A stretch of DNA of 64,000 bases from Methanomassiliicoccaceae archaeon (lineage in GTDB: Archaea > Thermoplasmatota > Thermoplasmata > Methanomassiliicoccales > Methanomassiliicoccaceae), in the NCBI GenBank assembly GCA_963728405.1, contig CAVSJV010000005.1, forward strand, positions 352,001 through 416,000, read 5' to 3'. Position numbers and translations under genes: made by a program. Position 1 is the first letter of the stretch. Each line of letters opens with the position of its first letter. Of this stretch, positions 33,358 through 43,734 are shown in pieces. The notes under the pieces are model-generated. The model was not told the DNA's origin and searched no databases. It was given only the letters and a program-made list of their open reading frames with translations.

Positions 33358-33759
33358 GCCTGCAGCTTCATGGCCTCGGGGGGGCAGGAGCGTACGCACA
33401 GCCCGCAGGCGATGCACTTATCGAGATGGAAGATGACCTTCCACTCCTTGCGGTCCATCTCGATGGCATCGGCCGGGCATATGGAGACGCACATGCCGCA
33501 ATTGGTGCACCGGGACTCGTCCTTGGTCACGAACTCGTTCAGCTCCTTGACCTCGACCCCCTTCGACTGAAGGTACGCCACTCCCTTGGTGATCTGGGCC
33601 GGCTTGCCGTCCACTTCGATGAGCAGCACTCCGCCCTTCTCCATGATCTCCGCTCTCAGGATATTGAACTTAAGGTCGAAGTCCTTGACCAGGACAGTAG
33701 GTGATCGACTCGTTGACCAGCTCGGGGGTGAAGTACAGGTTGAACTTGCGTTTGGCCAT
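33354..33759 (-). CDS. NIL domain + 2x[4Fe-4S] ferredoxin, partner of the homocysteine-forming sulfurtransferase (apparent +1 frameshift at 33696)
   Basis: MAKRKFNLYFTPELVNESITY/VLVKDFDLKFNILRA; CTNCGMCVSICP and CIACGLCVRSCP. Confidence 0.88.
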
Positions 33760-34926
33760 CTAGAGCACCTCCTCTTTGGAGCAGACATCCAGCGGTCTCT
33801 GCACCCGTTCCGAGGGCAGGGGAGCGACCGGCTGGGTCAGGAGGAACTCCTTCTCCTCTATCATCTTCTTCAGACGGCCGGCGATGATCCTTGCCTTGTA
33901 ATATGAGGACAGCGAGGAGGTGCGGACCTTCTTGCCGAACAGCTCCACCGTCCCGCTCTTCAATTGAGCATAGCTCACCTCCATGATCGGCCTGCGGTTC
34001 CGGGACTGGATGGCATAATCGAGCAGGGGGGCGAAGATCTTATCATCGGTGACGGTCGCGGTTCTCATGAGGTCCTCATCCAGTATTGGGATGGGGACGC
34101 CGATCCCTACGCCGAGGGATAGGCCGTAGCCATGGAAGTTGAGCGCCCGTACGAACTCGTCGCTCATGCCTCTGAGATCACCCACGACGGCAAGGGACCG
34201 GGCCGATGACGCCGGCACGCCGTTGTGGTACGGCACGTTGGTCTTGAACTGCGTCCCCTCCCATGCCACATAGCCGACCCCGCCGCCCAGGAAGATCCGG
34301 GTGCCGATGCCGATCGTGCGCAGCTTAGGGTCCTTGAGCAAGGGGGACAGCTGCCCGGCACTACAATAGGTGGCGTTACCATAGTGCGGCAACAATTTGC
34401 CCATGTAGGTGAACAGGGCCTTCTCCGAGGAGTTCGTGGCCACTCCATAGTTCTGGTACATGTTCCGCGGATTGTACATGTACGCCTGGTTCACCGATTT
34501 CAGCGAGATGTAGGTATCGATGTCCTTGCGCGGGTAGCAGTCGGTGCCGTGGGCCGTGGCCCTTAGATGAACGGCCTCGCCCCTGACCAGCGACTCGATA
34601 ACGTGGGCGCCGCCATAGTCCATGCCGTCGCCATCCCGCTGCTCGGTCGCGCCGATGTAGGCGTCGACGGCCGCCAGGCCGGTGTAAGCGGGCACGTCGT
34701 TCAGCCACACCTTGCTCATCCTGATGGGCGGCTCGGCATGGCCGAAATTGATGAACGCTCCCGAGGAACACATGGCGCCGAAGGTGCCCGTAGTTACGAC
34801 GTCCACCTCCTCGGTGGCCTTCTCGATCCCCTGGCTCTCCACCAGTCGGATGGCCTCCTCCGCGGTCATTATGATCGCGTCGCCCTTCTCGATCTTGGCG
34901 TTGATCTCCTCGTAGGTCCTCTTCAA
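33760..34926 (-). CDS. L-aspartate semialdehyde sulfurtransferase (DUF39 homocysteine biosynthesis enzyme), no CBS tail
   Basis: EINAKI..G.A..TAEE, DVVTTGTFGAMCSSGA, YGGAHVI, NPRN.YQNY, TIGIGTRIFLGG. Confidence 0.9.
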   Translation of the reverse strand: MKRTYEEINAKIEKGDAIIMTAEEAIRLVESQGIEKATEEVDVVTTGTFGAMCSSGAFINFGHAEPPIRMSKVWLNDVPAYTGLAAVDAYIGATEQRDGDGMDYGGAHVIESLVRGEAVHLRATAHGTDCYPRKDIDTYISLKSVNQAYMYNPRNMYQNYGVATNSSEKALFTYMGKLLPHYGNATYCSAGQLSPLLKDPKLRTIGIGTRIFLGGGVGYVAWEGTQFKTNVPYHNGVPASSARSLAVVGDLRGMSDEFVRALNFHGYGLSLGVGIGVPIPILDEDLMRTATVTDDKIFAPLLDYAIQSRNRRPIMEVSYAQLKSGTVELFGKKVRTSSLSSYYKARIIAGRLKKMIEEKEFLLTQPVAPLPSERVQRPLDVCSKEEVL

Positions 34927-34935
34927 TTTCTCACC

Positions 34936-35997
34936 CTATAGTAGCTTTTTTACAAGCGCCAGCTCAGCGTTCAATACTGACCCGCCCGCTCCGCCCCGGA
35001 TGGTGTTGTGCGACAGCACGAACATCTTGAAATGGTCGTCCTTCTTACGCACCCGTCCGACCACTGAGCTCATTCCCCTGGCCCTGGTCGGTCGGCCAGC
35101 GTTCACGTCCATCGTCGGCTGGGGGCGGTTCTCCTCCCTCCGCACGATGACCGGTTGGATAGGCGCAGTGGGCAGCTTGAGCCTCTGCGGCTCGGCCTCG
35201 AAGGTCTCCAAGGCCTTTATCATCTGTTCGACGGAGGCGTCCTTTTCGGTTCGCAGCACGATCGACTCTAGGTGGCCGTCGATGACCGGCACCCGGGCGC
35301 AGCTGGCGTAGACCTCCACCGGGTGGTAGGCGAACTTGCCGTTCTTGACCTGGCCAAGGATCTTGGCCAGTTCGGCCTCCATCTTCTCCTCCTCGTTCTT
35401 GATGAACGGCACTACGTTGCCGAGGGCGTCCAGCGACGGGACGCCCGGGTAACCGGCCCCGGAGACCGCCTGGTAGGTGGACACGACCACGAACCTCAGC
35501 CCGAAGGCATCATCGACCGCTTTAAGAGGCAGTGCGATGCCCGTGGTGGAGCAGTTGGCGTTGGTGACGATATATCCGCCGTCCTTGAATGTCTTCTGCT
35601 TCTTGACCACGTCTAGATGGGGAGCGTTGCACTCGGGGATGAGGAGGGGCACATCGGATTCCATGCGGTGGGGGGCAGCATTGGAGAAGACGGCCACGCC
35701 GCCCCTGGCCAGCTGGGTCTCGAAGTCGCCCGCGATGTCCGTCGGCAGTCCGGAGAACGCCACGCGGTTGACCTTGGCGATCTTGGCCACATCCAGCTGC
35801 TCTATCCTCATCTCCAGGGTCTCATCCTTGAACGCATGGTCCCTGATCTTCAGGGTGTCCCCTAGCCTCTTGCCCTCGGACCTCTCCGAGGCGTACAGTC
35901 CGGCCATCTCGAACCGAGGATGGTCTTCCAGCAGCTGCACGAACCTTTGCCCTATCATCCCTGTGGCGCCCAGAACGGCGACCTTCACCTTTGCCAT
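34936..35997 (-). CDS. asd: Aspartate-semialdehyde dehydrogenase
   Basis: LGATGMIGQRF, NANCST, QAVSGAGYPG, RVPVIDGH, HNTIRGGAG. Confidence 0.97.
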   Translation of the reverse strand: MAKVKVAVLGATGMIGQRFVQLLEDHPRFEMAGLYASERSEGKRLGDTLKIRDHAFKDETLEMRIEQLDVAKIAKVNRVAFSGLPTDIAGDFETQLARGGVAVFSNAAPHRMESDVPLLIPECNAPHLDVVKKQKTFKDGGYIVTNANCSTTGIALPLKAVDDAFGLRFVVVSTYQAVSGAGYPGVPSLDALGNVVPFIKNEEEKMEAELAKILGQVKNGKFAYHPVEVYASCARVPVIDGHLESIVLRTEKDASVEQMIKALETFEAEPQRLKLPTAPIQPVIVRREENRPQPTMDVNAGRPTRARGMSSVVGRVRKKDDHFKMFVLSHNTIRGGAGGSVLNAELALVKKLL

Positions 35998-37078
35998 CTA
36001 CTTTCCTCCAAAGTATCCCTTGCCCTCGGCCATCATGCGCTCGAAGGCCTCCCGGTCCCCTTTGACCGCGGCGTCCTTTAGGTCGGCCACGGCTCGCTGC
36101 AGGAACGACAGTGCTTCCTGGTTGTGGGGATTCAGGTGCTGTATCTCGTAGTAAAGCTGAGCGTTCTCCGATGCCACGTCCCTGGACGTGCTCGACCTGC
36201 CGGCGGAAGGTGGTGGAGGCCGCTCTGTTCAGATCGTCGTAGCCCCTACCGCTCTGCCGCAGCGCCTCGAAGAACGCGATGTTCACAGCGTGGCTCAAGC
36301 CGAGCACATAGGCCATCAGGGGATCATGCTCCTTGACGTCCATATCGATTATGTTGGCACCGTCGACGAGGATCCTAGCCCTCTCGACCGCCTCGGCCGA
36401 TCCACAGTGGCAGACCACCACATTGCGGTCGATTATCGACGCGGTGTCCGGGCCGAACATGGGGTGCAACGAACAGACCAGGTATCCGCGGCCGGCCCCG
36501 TCCTCCAGTTCCTCGGTCAAGGGCGCCTTGATGGAGGCGATATCGAACACCAGCCCCTTCGGCTGGTAGGATAGGACCTGTTGCAGGATTGCGGGCGTCT
36601 CCGAGATGGGGGTAGCGAGAACGACGACCTCGGCGTCGCGCACGCCCCTCTCGAGATCCCTCTCCATCGGGAAATTAGGATTCTCGCCCTGATCGTAAAC
36701 GCGGATGCGGTGCCCCCGGGAGGCGAAGAAACGGCACAGCCAATTGCCCATCCGTCCGCTGCCGCCAACTATGAGCATGCGCTTGGAGAGCTGAGGGCGA
36801 GGGATCTTTCCCTGCTGTTCGATCGACTCGCGAATGAGAAGGATGGCGATCTGGCGGGCCGATTCGGTCGACATGCCGAACTCCTTGGCCCGCTCAACAT
36901 AGCGGCCGATGACCTTCTCTTCTACCGACGGGGCCCGGAGGGGCAGCGAGTCAGTGGCCTTCATTTGCCCCATCTCCACTGCCGCAGCGGTCCGATTGGC
37001 CATCATCCGTAGGATCTCGTAATCGATCTTCTCGATCCTTTTTCTAATGTCTTCGATGCTCTCACGCAATGAAATCAC
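35998..37078 (-). CDS. tyrA: Chorismate mutase / prephenate dehydrogenase fusion (apparent +1 frameshift near 36190)
   Basis: CM domain IRKRIEKIDYEI..R; PDH domain GGSGRMG, DIASIK, SLHPMFGP, EHD..MA.VLGLSH. The corrected C-terminus ends GYFGGK* at 35998. Confidence 0.9.
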
Positions 37079-38138
37079 CCCTGAGGCACAGGTCGGCGAG
37101 CACCAGTGCGGTCGCCGCCTCCACCACTACCACGGCCCGGGGGACGATGCACGGGTCATGCCGCCCCTCGACCTTGATGGTGGTGTCCTCCATTCTCACT
37201 AGGTCTACGCTCTTCTGCTCGAGGGATATCGACGCAGTAGGCTTGAAAGCTACCCTAAAGTCCAGAGGCATGCCGCTCGAGAGACCGCCGAGAACTCCGC
37301 CGGCGTTGTTGGTCACAGTTTCGAGCTCGCCGTCCTTCACCTGGAACGAATCATTGTGCTCAGAGCCTTTCATAGCCGCGGCCCGGAAGCCCGCTCCGAA
37401 CTCTATTCCCTTAACGCCAGGGATGGCAAATATCATCTTGGCCAGCTCGCCTTCCAGCGAATCGAAGAACGGCTCGCCCACACCGATGGGGAGGCCCAGG
37501 CTCAGGCAGCGGACGATCCCGCCGACGCTGTCGCCGTCCATCTTCGCCTCCATTATCTCGGTGATCATGTCCAAGGCGATGGCGGGGTCCGCGGCCCGCA
37601 CGGGATTTTCCTTGGCCTGGCGGCGAACCTCTTTGAAAGTCCTCTCCTCAGCGTCCTCGATCTTGCCCAGTCCCTGAGTGTAGGCGGCGATCTGGACGTT
37701 GATGGTCCGGAGGATCTCCTTGGCCACCGCACCGGCCGCGACGATCGGTGCGGTCATCCGACCGGAGAACTGCCCCCCGCCCCGAAGGTCGTGCGACTCT
37801 CCATACTTCTTCATGGCGGTCAGGTCCGCATGCCCCGGTCGCGGCACGTTCTTGAACTGGTCGTACTTCGATGAGTCGGTATCTCTGTTAGCGATGAACA
37901 GCACCACGGGCGCCCCGGTGCTCCGGCCGTCCTTGACCCCGGCGAGAGTCTCGACCAGGTCCTCCTCGGCGCGGGGGGTCCCCAGCGCTCCGGACGGCCG
38001 TCTGAGGTCCAATTCCCGCTGGATGTCGCTCCTCTCGATCTCGAACCCCGCCGGCACACCGTCCAGCACGCAGCCGATGCCCGGCCCGTGGCTGGAACCG
38101 AAGATGGTGAGGCAGAGCCTCCTCCCGATGGTGTTCAA
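37062..38138 (-). CDS. aroC: Chorismate synthase
   Basis: FGSSHG, PRPGHAD, GGG.FSGR, NNAGG.LGGLS, GRHDPC. Confidence 0.97.
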   Translation of the reverse strand: MNTIGRRLCLTIFGSSHGPGIGCVLDGVPAGFEIERSDIQRELDLRRPSGALGTPRAEEDLVETLAGVKDGRSTGAPVVLFIANRDTDSSKYDQFKNVPRPGHADLTAMKKYGESHDLRGGGQFSGRMTAPIVAAGAVAKEILRTINVQIAAYTQGLGKIEDAEERTFKEVRRQAKENPVRAADPAIALDMITEIMEAKMDGDSVGGIVRCLSLGLPIGVGEPFFDSLEGELAKMIFAIPGVKGIEFGAGFRAAAMKGSEHNDSFQVKDGELETVTNNAGGVLGGLSSGMPLDFRVAFKPTASISLEQKSVDLVRMEDTTIKVEGRHDPCIVPRAVVVVEAATALVLADLCLRGDFIA

Positions 38139-39403
38139 CCCGACTCCTCCGCGGCCGCTCCCAGGGCCTTAAGGTCCGCCACGAAATGGGGATAAGAGAT
38201 GCGATAGCAGTCGCCGTCGTTGATGGTGGTGACGCCGTCGGCCACCAGACCCGCCACCGTGGCCGCCATGAGGATGCGGTGATCTTCCGAGGGATTGATG
38301 GTCCTGGCCTTGAGCTTGACCGGCCCCTTGATCACGCATCCGTCCTCCCGTTCCTCAATGTCTGCGCCCATGAGCTTTAGGAACGCCACGGTGGTGGCGA
38401 TGCGATCGCTCTCCTTGAACCGCAGGTGAGCCCCGTTGGTAAGCTTGGTCTCGCCCTTTGATTGGGACGCTAGCACCGCCAGGATGGGGAACGCGTCCGG
38501 CGAATCGCCCACATCAACATCCCCGGCATGAAGCTCGCCCTTCTCAACGGTGACGCTGTTCCCGGACCAGGCGACCTTGGCTCCAAATCTGGATAGGACT
38601 TCGAGCACCATGCGGTCGCCCTGTCGGTCCTTGGGATCGAGACCGCTCACGGTCACCTTGCCAGTGAGGGCGGCCGCTACCAGGGGGAAGGCCGCCGAGG
38701 AGTAGTCGCCCGGAATGATATAGTCCTTGGGCCGATACCTCTGGCCGCCCAGAACGCGATAGCCGTTCTTGGTCTCGGTGCTGATGGCACCGAACAGGGA
38801 CATCATGTCCCTGGTGATCTCCACATAGGGCTTTGATCTCAGGGGCGTGGTGATGACGATCTCGGTGTCCAGCTCCTTTAACGCCGAGGATATCAGGAGG
38901 GAGGAGATGAACTGCGAACTGATGTCCCCCTTGATATGGGTCCATCGTCCTTTGTTCGGCCCTCGGATTATCAGGGGGGCATTCCCGTCACCGCGCTGCG
39001 ATATGGCCCTCACGCCCAGTTCGGTCAGGGCGTTCAACAAAGGCTTCATCGGCCTCTGTTGCAGGGACTCATCGCCGGTCAGGGTCACATTGTAAGGCAG
39101 CAGGGAGGCGATGCCTGAGAGCAGCCGGATGGTCGTCCCGGAGTTGGCACAATCGACAGGACCGGTGGGCGCCTTGAGCTTGCCGCCCCGGATGATGAGG
39201 TCGTCATGCTCTCTCTTCACAATGGCCCCGAACTGCTCCATGCCCTTCAGGGTGGCCAAGGTATCGCCGCTCAGTAGCGGTCCATTCAATCGGGAATCGC
39301 CATGGGCCAGGGAGGCGAGGACGATGGCGCGGTGAGTATAGCTTTTTGAGGGCGGCGCGGAGACGGTCCCCTGGACCGCGGACGGTCTGACCTGAAGCTT
39401 CAT
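38135..39403 (-). CDS. aroA: EPSP synthase
   Basis: PSKSYTHRA, NSGTTIR, SSQFISSLL, LRFKESDRI, DHRI.MA, SYP.F. Confidence 0.96.
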   Translation of the reverse strand: MKLQVRPSAVQGTVSAPPSKSYTHRAIVLASLAHGDSRLNGPLLSGDTLATLKGMEQFGAIVKREHDDLIIRGGKLKAPTGPVDCANSGTTIRLLSGIASLLPYNVTLTGDESLQQRPMKPLLNALTELGVRAISQRGDGNAPLIIRGPNKGRWTHIKGDISSQFISSLLISSALKELDTEIVITTPLRSKPYVEITRDMMSLFGAISTETKNGYRVLGGQRYRPKDYIIPGDYSSAAFPLVAAALTGKVTVSGLDPKDRQGDRMVLEVLSRFGAKVAWSGNSVTVEKGELHAGDVDVGDSPDAFPILAVLASQSKGETKLTNGAHLRFKESDRIATTVAFLKLMGADIEEREDGCVIKGPVKLKARTINPSEDHRILMAATVAGLVADGVTTINDGDCYRISYPHFVADLKALGAAAEESG

Positions 39404-40257
39404 TCTTTGTTCCTCCTATCGTACAGGTCGACGGTCAGCAGCTTGAACTCCTTCATGGCGGCGGTGAACTCGCGGACCTTGTCCTCGACCACCAGCATGA
39501 CCGTGGCCGGTCCGCTGCCGGTCAGTCCGGCGGCCAATGCTCCGTTCTGCAGTGCTCTCAGCGCGACCTCCTGGTCCAGGCCGAGGGCGGCCGAATAGCA
39601 CATGCCGTTGAGGGTCAGGGCCCGTTCATAATCGCCGAGCAGGGCCTGCTGGAATGCCAGATCGACGATTCCGCGGACCGCCGTGATCCGTTCACGGGGC
39701 AGGGAGCTTTTGCGGATCTGGAAGTCGGGAACATGGATAAGGACCTTCAGGTAGCCGGGCATGGTGTCCCGGGCCAGGATCTGCTCGGAGCGGTTGTCGG
39801 TGAGGACCACGCCGCCGAACCAGGAGGCGCAGGCATCATCGAACGCGCCGGTCAACGAAACGCCAGCATCGATGGCGGCCCGGGTGCCCAGCCGGATGGC
39901 GTGGGTCTCATCCATGGCGACCCCCAGCGCATCGAGCGTTCCGAAGATGATGGCATTGGCGGCCGCGCTGCTGCTCTTCAGCCCCCGAGAGACGGGGATG
40001 GCCGAGCGGGTGGTGATGTGAACGTGGTAACGCTTGCCGGGCATGTGCAGATCGAGGACGGCCCGCACGCAGTTCTCGGCCAGCTTGGTGCTCTCTCCGG
40101 AAAAGCCGTCGATGACTACCTCGATCCCGTCCCCCTCGCTCAGCTCCACCTCCGCTGTGGTGGAGAGGTCGATGCCGAAGGCAGCGCCCTTGCCGCTGGC
40201 AAAGGCGCTTACTATGGTGGCGGCCCCGTGGCTGGTTCCCGTACCCTTCATCGTCAT
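39400..40257 (-). CDS. aroK: Archaeal GHMP-type shikimate kinase
   Basis: G.GAAFGI, IP..RGLKSSSAAANA, TGAFDDA, GLTGSGP. Confidence 0.93.
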   Translation of the reverse strand: MTMKGTGTSHGAATIVSAFASGKGAAFGIDLSTTAEVELSEGDGIEVVIDGFSGESTKLAENCVRAVLDLHMPGKRYHVHITTRSAIPVSRGLKSSSAAANAIIFGTLDALGVAMDETHAIRLGTRAAIDAGVSLTGAFDDACASWFGGVVLTDNRSEQILARDTMPGYLKVLIHVPDFQIRKSSLPRERITAVRGIVDLAFQQALLGDYERALTLNGMCYSAALGLDQEVALRALQNGALAAGLTGSGPATVMLVVEDKVREFTAAMKEFKLLTVDLYDRRNKE

Positions 40258-41708
40258 CCGTTCCTTGCACCGGCGGCCATGACCTCGTATGGAGGTCTAA
40301 GTCCAGTCCAGGTCTCGAAAGCATCCATGGCTTGATAGATTAACATTTCCATTCCCGAGAGGGTTTTGGCCCCCCGGGCTTCGGCTTCCGCAAGGAACGG
40401 CGTCCTTTCCGGATTGTAGATCAGGTCCACGACCCATTGCCTGGCCCGGAAGATCTGGGGGTCGATGGGCAGCTCGTCCGGGAACCCCTGCATGCCCAGG
40501 GGGGTGCAGTTGATGATCATCTCGAAGTCCATCTTGGGGGCATCGGTGTGGGAGGCCACCCGGGCCGAGAAGTCCCTGGCCACCTCCTGGGCGCGAGAGG
40601 GTGTCCTGTTCGTTATCCAGATCTTACCCCCTCTCCGCTCCAGGACCGCGCAGCAGGCACGAGCGGCCCCGCCCGCCCCGATGACCAGGACGCTCTTGCC
40701 CCGAGGGTCCGCTCCCGCCGCTAACAGGGCTTTCTCCAGACCGGTGACGTCGGTGTTGTGGCCCATGAGCGTTCCCTTCTCGTTGACGATAACGTTCACT
40801 GCCCCGACCCGCTTGGCGAGGGGATCGATCTCATCGAGATGCTTCATCACCGTTTCCTTGTGCGGGATGGTGACATTGAGCCCCCTCATCTTCAGCTCGC
40901 GGACCAGTTCCATGAGCTCACCCAGCTCTTCCTCCCTGGCCGGGAACAGAAGATATCGTCCCGGGACCTTCATCTCCTTGAACGCGAGATCATGGAGCGA
41001 CGGGGAGAGGGAATGGCCGAGGGGATGTCCGGTCAGACCGGTGATCATCGGCTGTTCGCCTAACGCCTTGAGGGTGGCGATGTCCAGCTGCCCCGGGGCC
41101 GATTCTTTTCCAGGTTCCAGGGAGGCGTAGGTGAACTCATTACCAAAGCTCTTGCTGAGCATCCGGGTCACCGATCCGAGCTCCCCCATGCCAATGATGA
41201 CATGCCTCTCTCCGGTCGCGGAGAACAGCTTGGCGGCCTGTACGAGCCTGGAGAGATCGTTGACCGAGCCGATCTGGAAGGCCACCTTGGCCAGGTCCCC
41301 TCTGGAAGAGGTGGAGACCATGGCGTCGATGATGGCCGGGAGTTCGGGAGTTCCCGAAAGATCATGGTGCGAGCAGATGATGCGCGCCCTTCTCAGCTCC
41401 CGGCCGAGCCGAGATGACAGCGGTGAGGATAGTTCGATATCGACGTACTCGAAGCCGATACGGTCGGCCCGCCAGAAGAACCGTAACCGCTCCTCATCGG
41501 CATGGTCCGATGCACCGCCCTGGTCCCTGGTCCGTAGCGTCGCTATCTTGGGCACGGTCAGCTTCCTGAACGCGGAGAGGTCCTCGGGGAGCTTCTCCAT
41601 GCTGTCGAACCTCACTTCGATCAGGTCCGCCCCCAGCTCCTGGGCCCTGACCCCTGCGGCCAGGGCCTCTTTCACCCCCTTTTCTACGAGGGAAACGCAG
41701 ACCCGCAT
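40254..41708 (-). CDS. aroDE: Type I 3-dehydroquinate dehydratase / shikimate dehydrogenase fusion (AroD-AroE)
   Basis: EVRFD, T.R...QGG, SHHD, KVA, APGQ; then HSLSP, NVTIPHK, GAVN, NTD, GAGGAA, DLIYNP. Confidence 0.92.
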   Translation of the reverse strand: MRVCVSLVEKGVKEALAAGVRAQELGADLIEVRFDSMEKLPEDLSAFRKLTVPKIATLRTRDQGGASDHADEERLRFFWRADRIGFEYVDIELSSPLSSRLGRELRRARIICSHHDLSGTPELPAIIDAMVSTSSRGDLAKVAFQIGSVNDLSRLVQAAKLFSATGERHVIIGMGELGSVTRMLSKSFGNEFTYASLEPGKESAPGQLDIATLKALGEQPMITGLTGHPLGHSLSPSLHDLAFKEMKVPGRYLLFPAREEELGELMELVRELKMRGLNVTIPHKETVMKHLDEIDPLAKRVGAVNVIVNEKGTLMGHNTDVTGLEKALLAAGADPRGKSVLVIGAGGAARACCAVLERRGGKIWITNRTPSRAQEVARDFSARVASHTDAPKMDFEMIINCTPLGMQGFPDELPIDPQIFRARQWVVDLIYNPERTPFLAEAEARGAKTLSGMEMLIYQAMDAFETWTGLRPPYEVMAAGARNG

Positions 41709-42739
41709 CAGATCTCCATTATCGTTTCATCGATGCTGTGGCCGAAATGCCTTCCCCCTTCCTCGAGGCGGACCAATACCTTCTGACCGGCCTTGAGATC
41801 GGATACGGACACGGGACCTTCCGGCGTGCACATCCTGATCGTCTCGGCGTTCTGTAGGATGGTGCTGTATCTTCTTCCTTTCTCTTCCACCTCGACCATC
41901 AGGAGGGGGCGGCGCTCGATCTTGGAGCGTCCGACCACTACCTTCCTGACCGCGCCATCCTTGTTCACGGCCAGCACCTCGTCTCCTCCCCGTACCTCGG
42001 ACAGGTATTTGGTGCGGCCGGAGGCGGTCATGACATAGGAGTGCACCGCTCCGGCGTTGACCCGGAAGGGGCGGGAGGCCACATACTCCGAATCCATGCT
42101 CTCCGAGCTGACCAGGAAGAGGCAGGAGGACTGGGAACCGACCAGCATGCCCTCTCCGACCATTAGTAGGGAGCAGGTGTCCACGCACACTCGGTCGCCG
42201 ATGGTCAGGGGCATGATCTTGGTCACCGTGACCGGGACGAGATCTATCTTCCCCGGCCCATGTCCTTCCAGGGCAGAGAAATGGCGTAGGGCGGACGGGT
42301 CCTTCGTTTCTATGACCACTCCGTCGGCACCCTTCTCCATGGTCTCCAGGAAAAGCTTCGCTTCTTCGGGAGTGGACGCGGATGCCAGGATCTTGGTGTC
42401 CGAGCCCTGGAACTCGGCGATGAGGTTCTCCAGGGGGATCACCTTCCAGTCGCGGGCGGAGATGACGATGATGTTCACTTTATCTTTCAAAGCGGACGCT
42501 TTCTTGAGGTCCGCGGGGCTGGAGATCTTGAGCATCGCCCCGATCTTCTCTTCCCCGGAGAAAAGGTCCGAGCCTTTTACAGTGATGGCCTCGAACCTTC
42601 CCAGGCGCTTCAACCCTTGATCCTCTTCTCGAAGCACGATGTTCACCAGGCCGGCCTCGAGGGCCGAGGAGACCAACTTCTTACGGTCCTCGTACCCCTC
42701 GGGCAGATCGGCCCGGACCCAGATCATCTTGGCGGACAT
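41708..42739 (-). CDS. aroB': 3-dehydroquinate synthase II
   Basis: DWKVIPLENLIA, GDRVCVDTC, RPFRVNAGAVHSY, LQNAETIR, GRHFG. Confidence 0.95.
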   Translation of the reverse strand: MSAKMIWVRADLPEGYEDRKKLVSSALEAGLVNIVLREEDQGLKRLGRFEAITVKGSDLFSGEEKIGAMLKISSPADLKKASALKDKVNIIVISARDWKVIPLENLIAEFQGSDTKILASASTPEEAKLFLETMEKGADGVVIETKDPSALRHFSALEGHGPGKIDLVPVTVTKIMPLTIGDRVCVDTCSLLMVGEGMLVGSQSSCLFLVSSESMDSEYVASRPFRVNAGAVHSYVMTASGRTKYLSEVRGGDEVLAVNKDGAVRKVVVGRSKIERRPLLMVEVEEKGRRYSTILQNAETIRMCTPEGPVSVSDLKAGQKVLVRLEEGGRHFGHSIDETIMEI

Positions 42740-42743
42740 GCTA

Positions 42744-43535
42744 TCACTCAAGCAGCTTCAGCGCCTCGTCGACCTCGGCATCATGGAGCACGATCTCGGT
42801 CATTGCTTTGGTGATACCGGTGACGTTGCGATGCTGGAATATGTTCCTACCGATACTTACTCCCATGCCTCCGGCCTCCACAGAGTCCTTGACCATCTGC
42901 AACAGGTCCCTATCGGACGACATCTTCGGTCCGCCAGCGATGAGCACCGGTATGATGGCACCCTTGACCACCTCGCGGAACGAATCGACGTCGCCGCTGT
43001 AGGAGGTCTTGACGATGTCCGCACCCAGTTCCATCCCTGCCCGGGCGCATTGCTTGATAAGGTCTACATCGTAGCCGTTCTTGATGTCCTTTCCCCGAGG
43101 GTAGATCATGACCAGGAGCGGAATGCCCCACTCGTTGCATTCCCTAGACACCTGGCCAAAGTCGTGGAGCATGTATGGTTCCGTTTCCGCACCGATGTTG
43201 ACGTGGATGGAAACAGCATCCGCGCCCATCTTGATGGCTTCCTCCACCGTGGTGACCAGCACCTTGGAGTTGGGGTCGGGGGAAATGGAGGTGGAGGCCG
43301 AGAGGTGCAGGATAAGTCCGATGTCCCGGCCGAAAGATCGATGGCCATAGGGGACCACGCCCTTGTGCATGACGACGGCGGTGGCCCCTCCCTGGGACAC
43401 CTTGTCGATGGTGGTCTTCATATCCACTAGCCCTTCGATCGGCCCCATGGAGATGCCATGGTCCACGGGCACGATGACGGCCCGGCCGGAGTTGCGGTCT
43501 ATGATCCGCTCCATGCGGATGCTTTTGCCTGACAT
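42744..43535 (-). CDS. aroA': 2-amino-3,7-dideoxy-D-threo-hept-6-ulosonate synthase
   Basis: VPVDHGISMGP, HKG, HLSAST, GADAVSIHVN, ELGADIVKT, IAGG, GRNIFQ; adjacent to aroB'. Confidence 0.93.
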   Translation of the reverse strand: MSGKSIRMERIIDRNSGRAVIVPVDHGISMGPIEGLVDMKTTIDKVSQGGATAVVMHKGVVPYGHRSFGRDIGLILHLSASTSISPDPNSKVLVTTVEEAIKMGADAVSIHVNIGAETEPYMLHDFGQVSRECNEWGIPLLVMIYPRGKDIKNGYDVDLIKQCARAGMELGADIVKTSYSGDVDSFREVVKGAIIPVLIAGGPKMSSDRDLLQMVKDSVEAGGMGVSIGRNIFQHRNVTGITKAMTEIVLHDAEVDEALKLLE

Positions 43536-43549
43536 TGGTTCGCCTCGAA

Positions 43550-43568
43550 TGCTAGACAATATCTAGCA
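43550..43568. promoter_or_regulatory. Perfect 7-5-7 palindrome, putative operator of the aro operon
   Basis: TGCTAGA-CAATA-TCTAGCA between a TATA-like gtatatact (43570) and the aroA' start. Confidence 0.55.
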
Positions 43569-43734
43569 CGTATATACTCTTTTCTTCATTTTTTTGCCCG
43601 GAGATCTGTCCAGACTGCTACGGGTATCGTAGGGACTTGGGCATTATTATATAAATGGTCGATTTGGATGGACCTTTCTGCGGACCGATGCACACTTCGG
43701 AAACTCTAATTATGGCTGAGCCGATTCGACGGGC

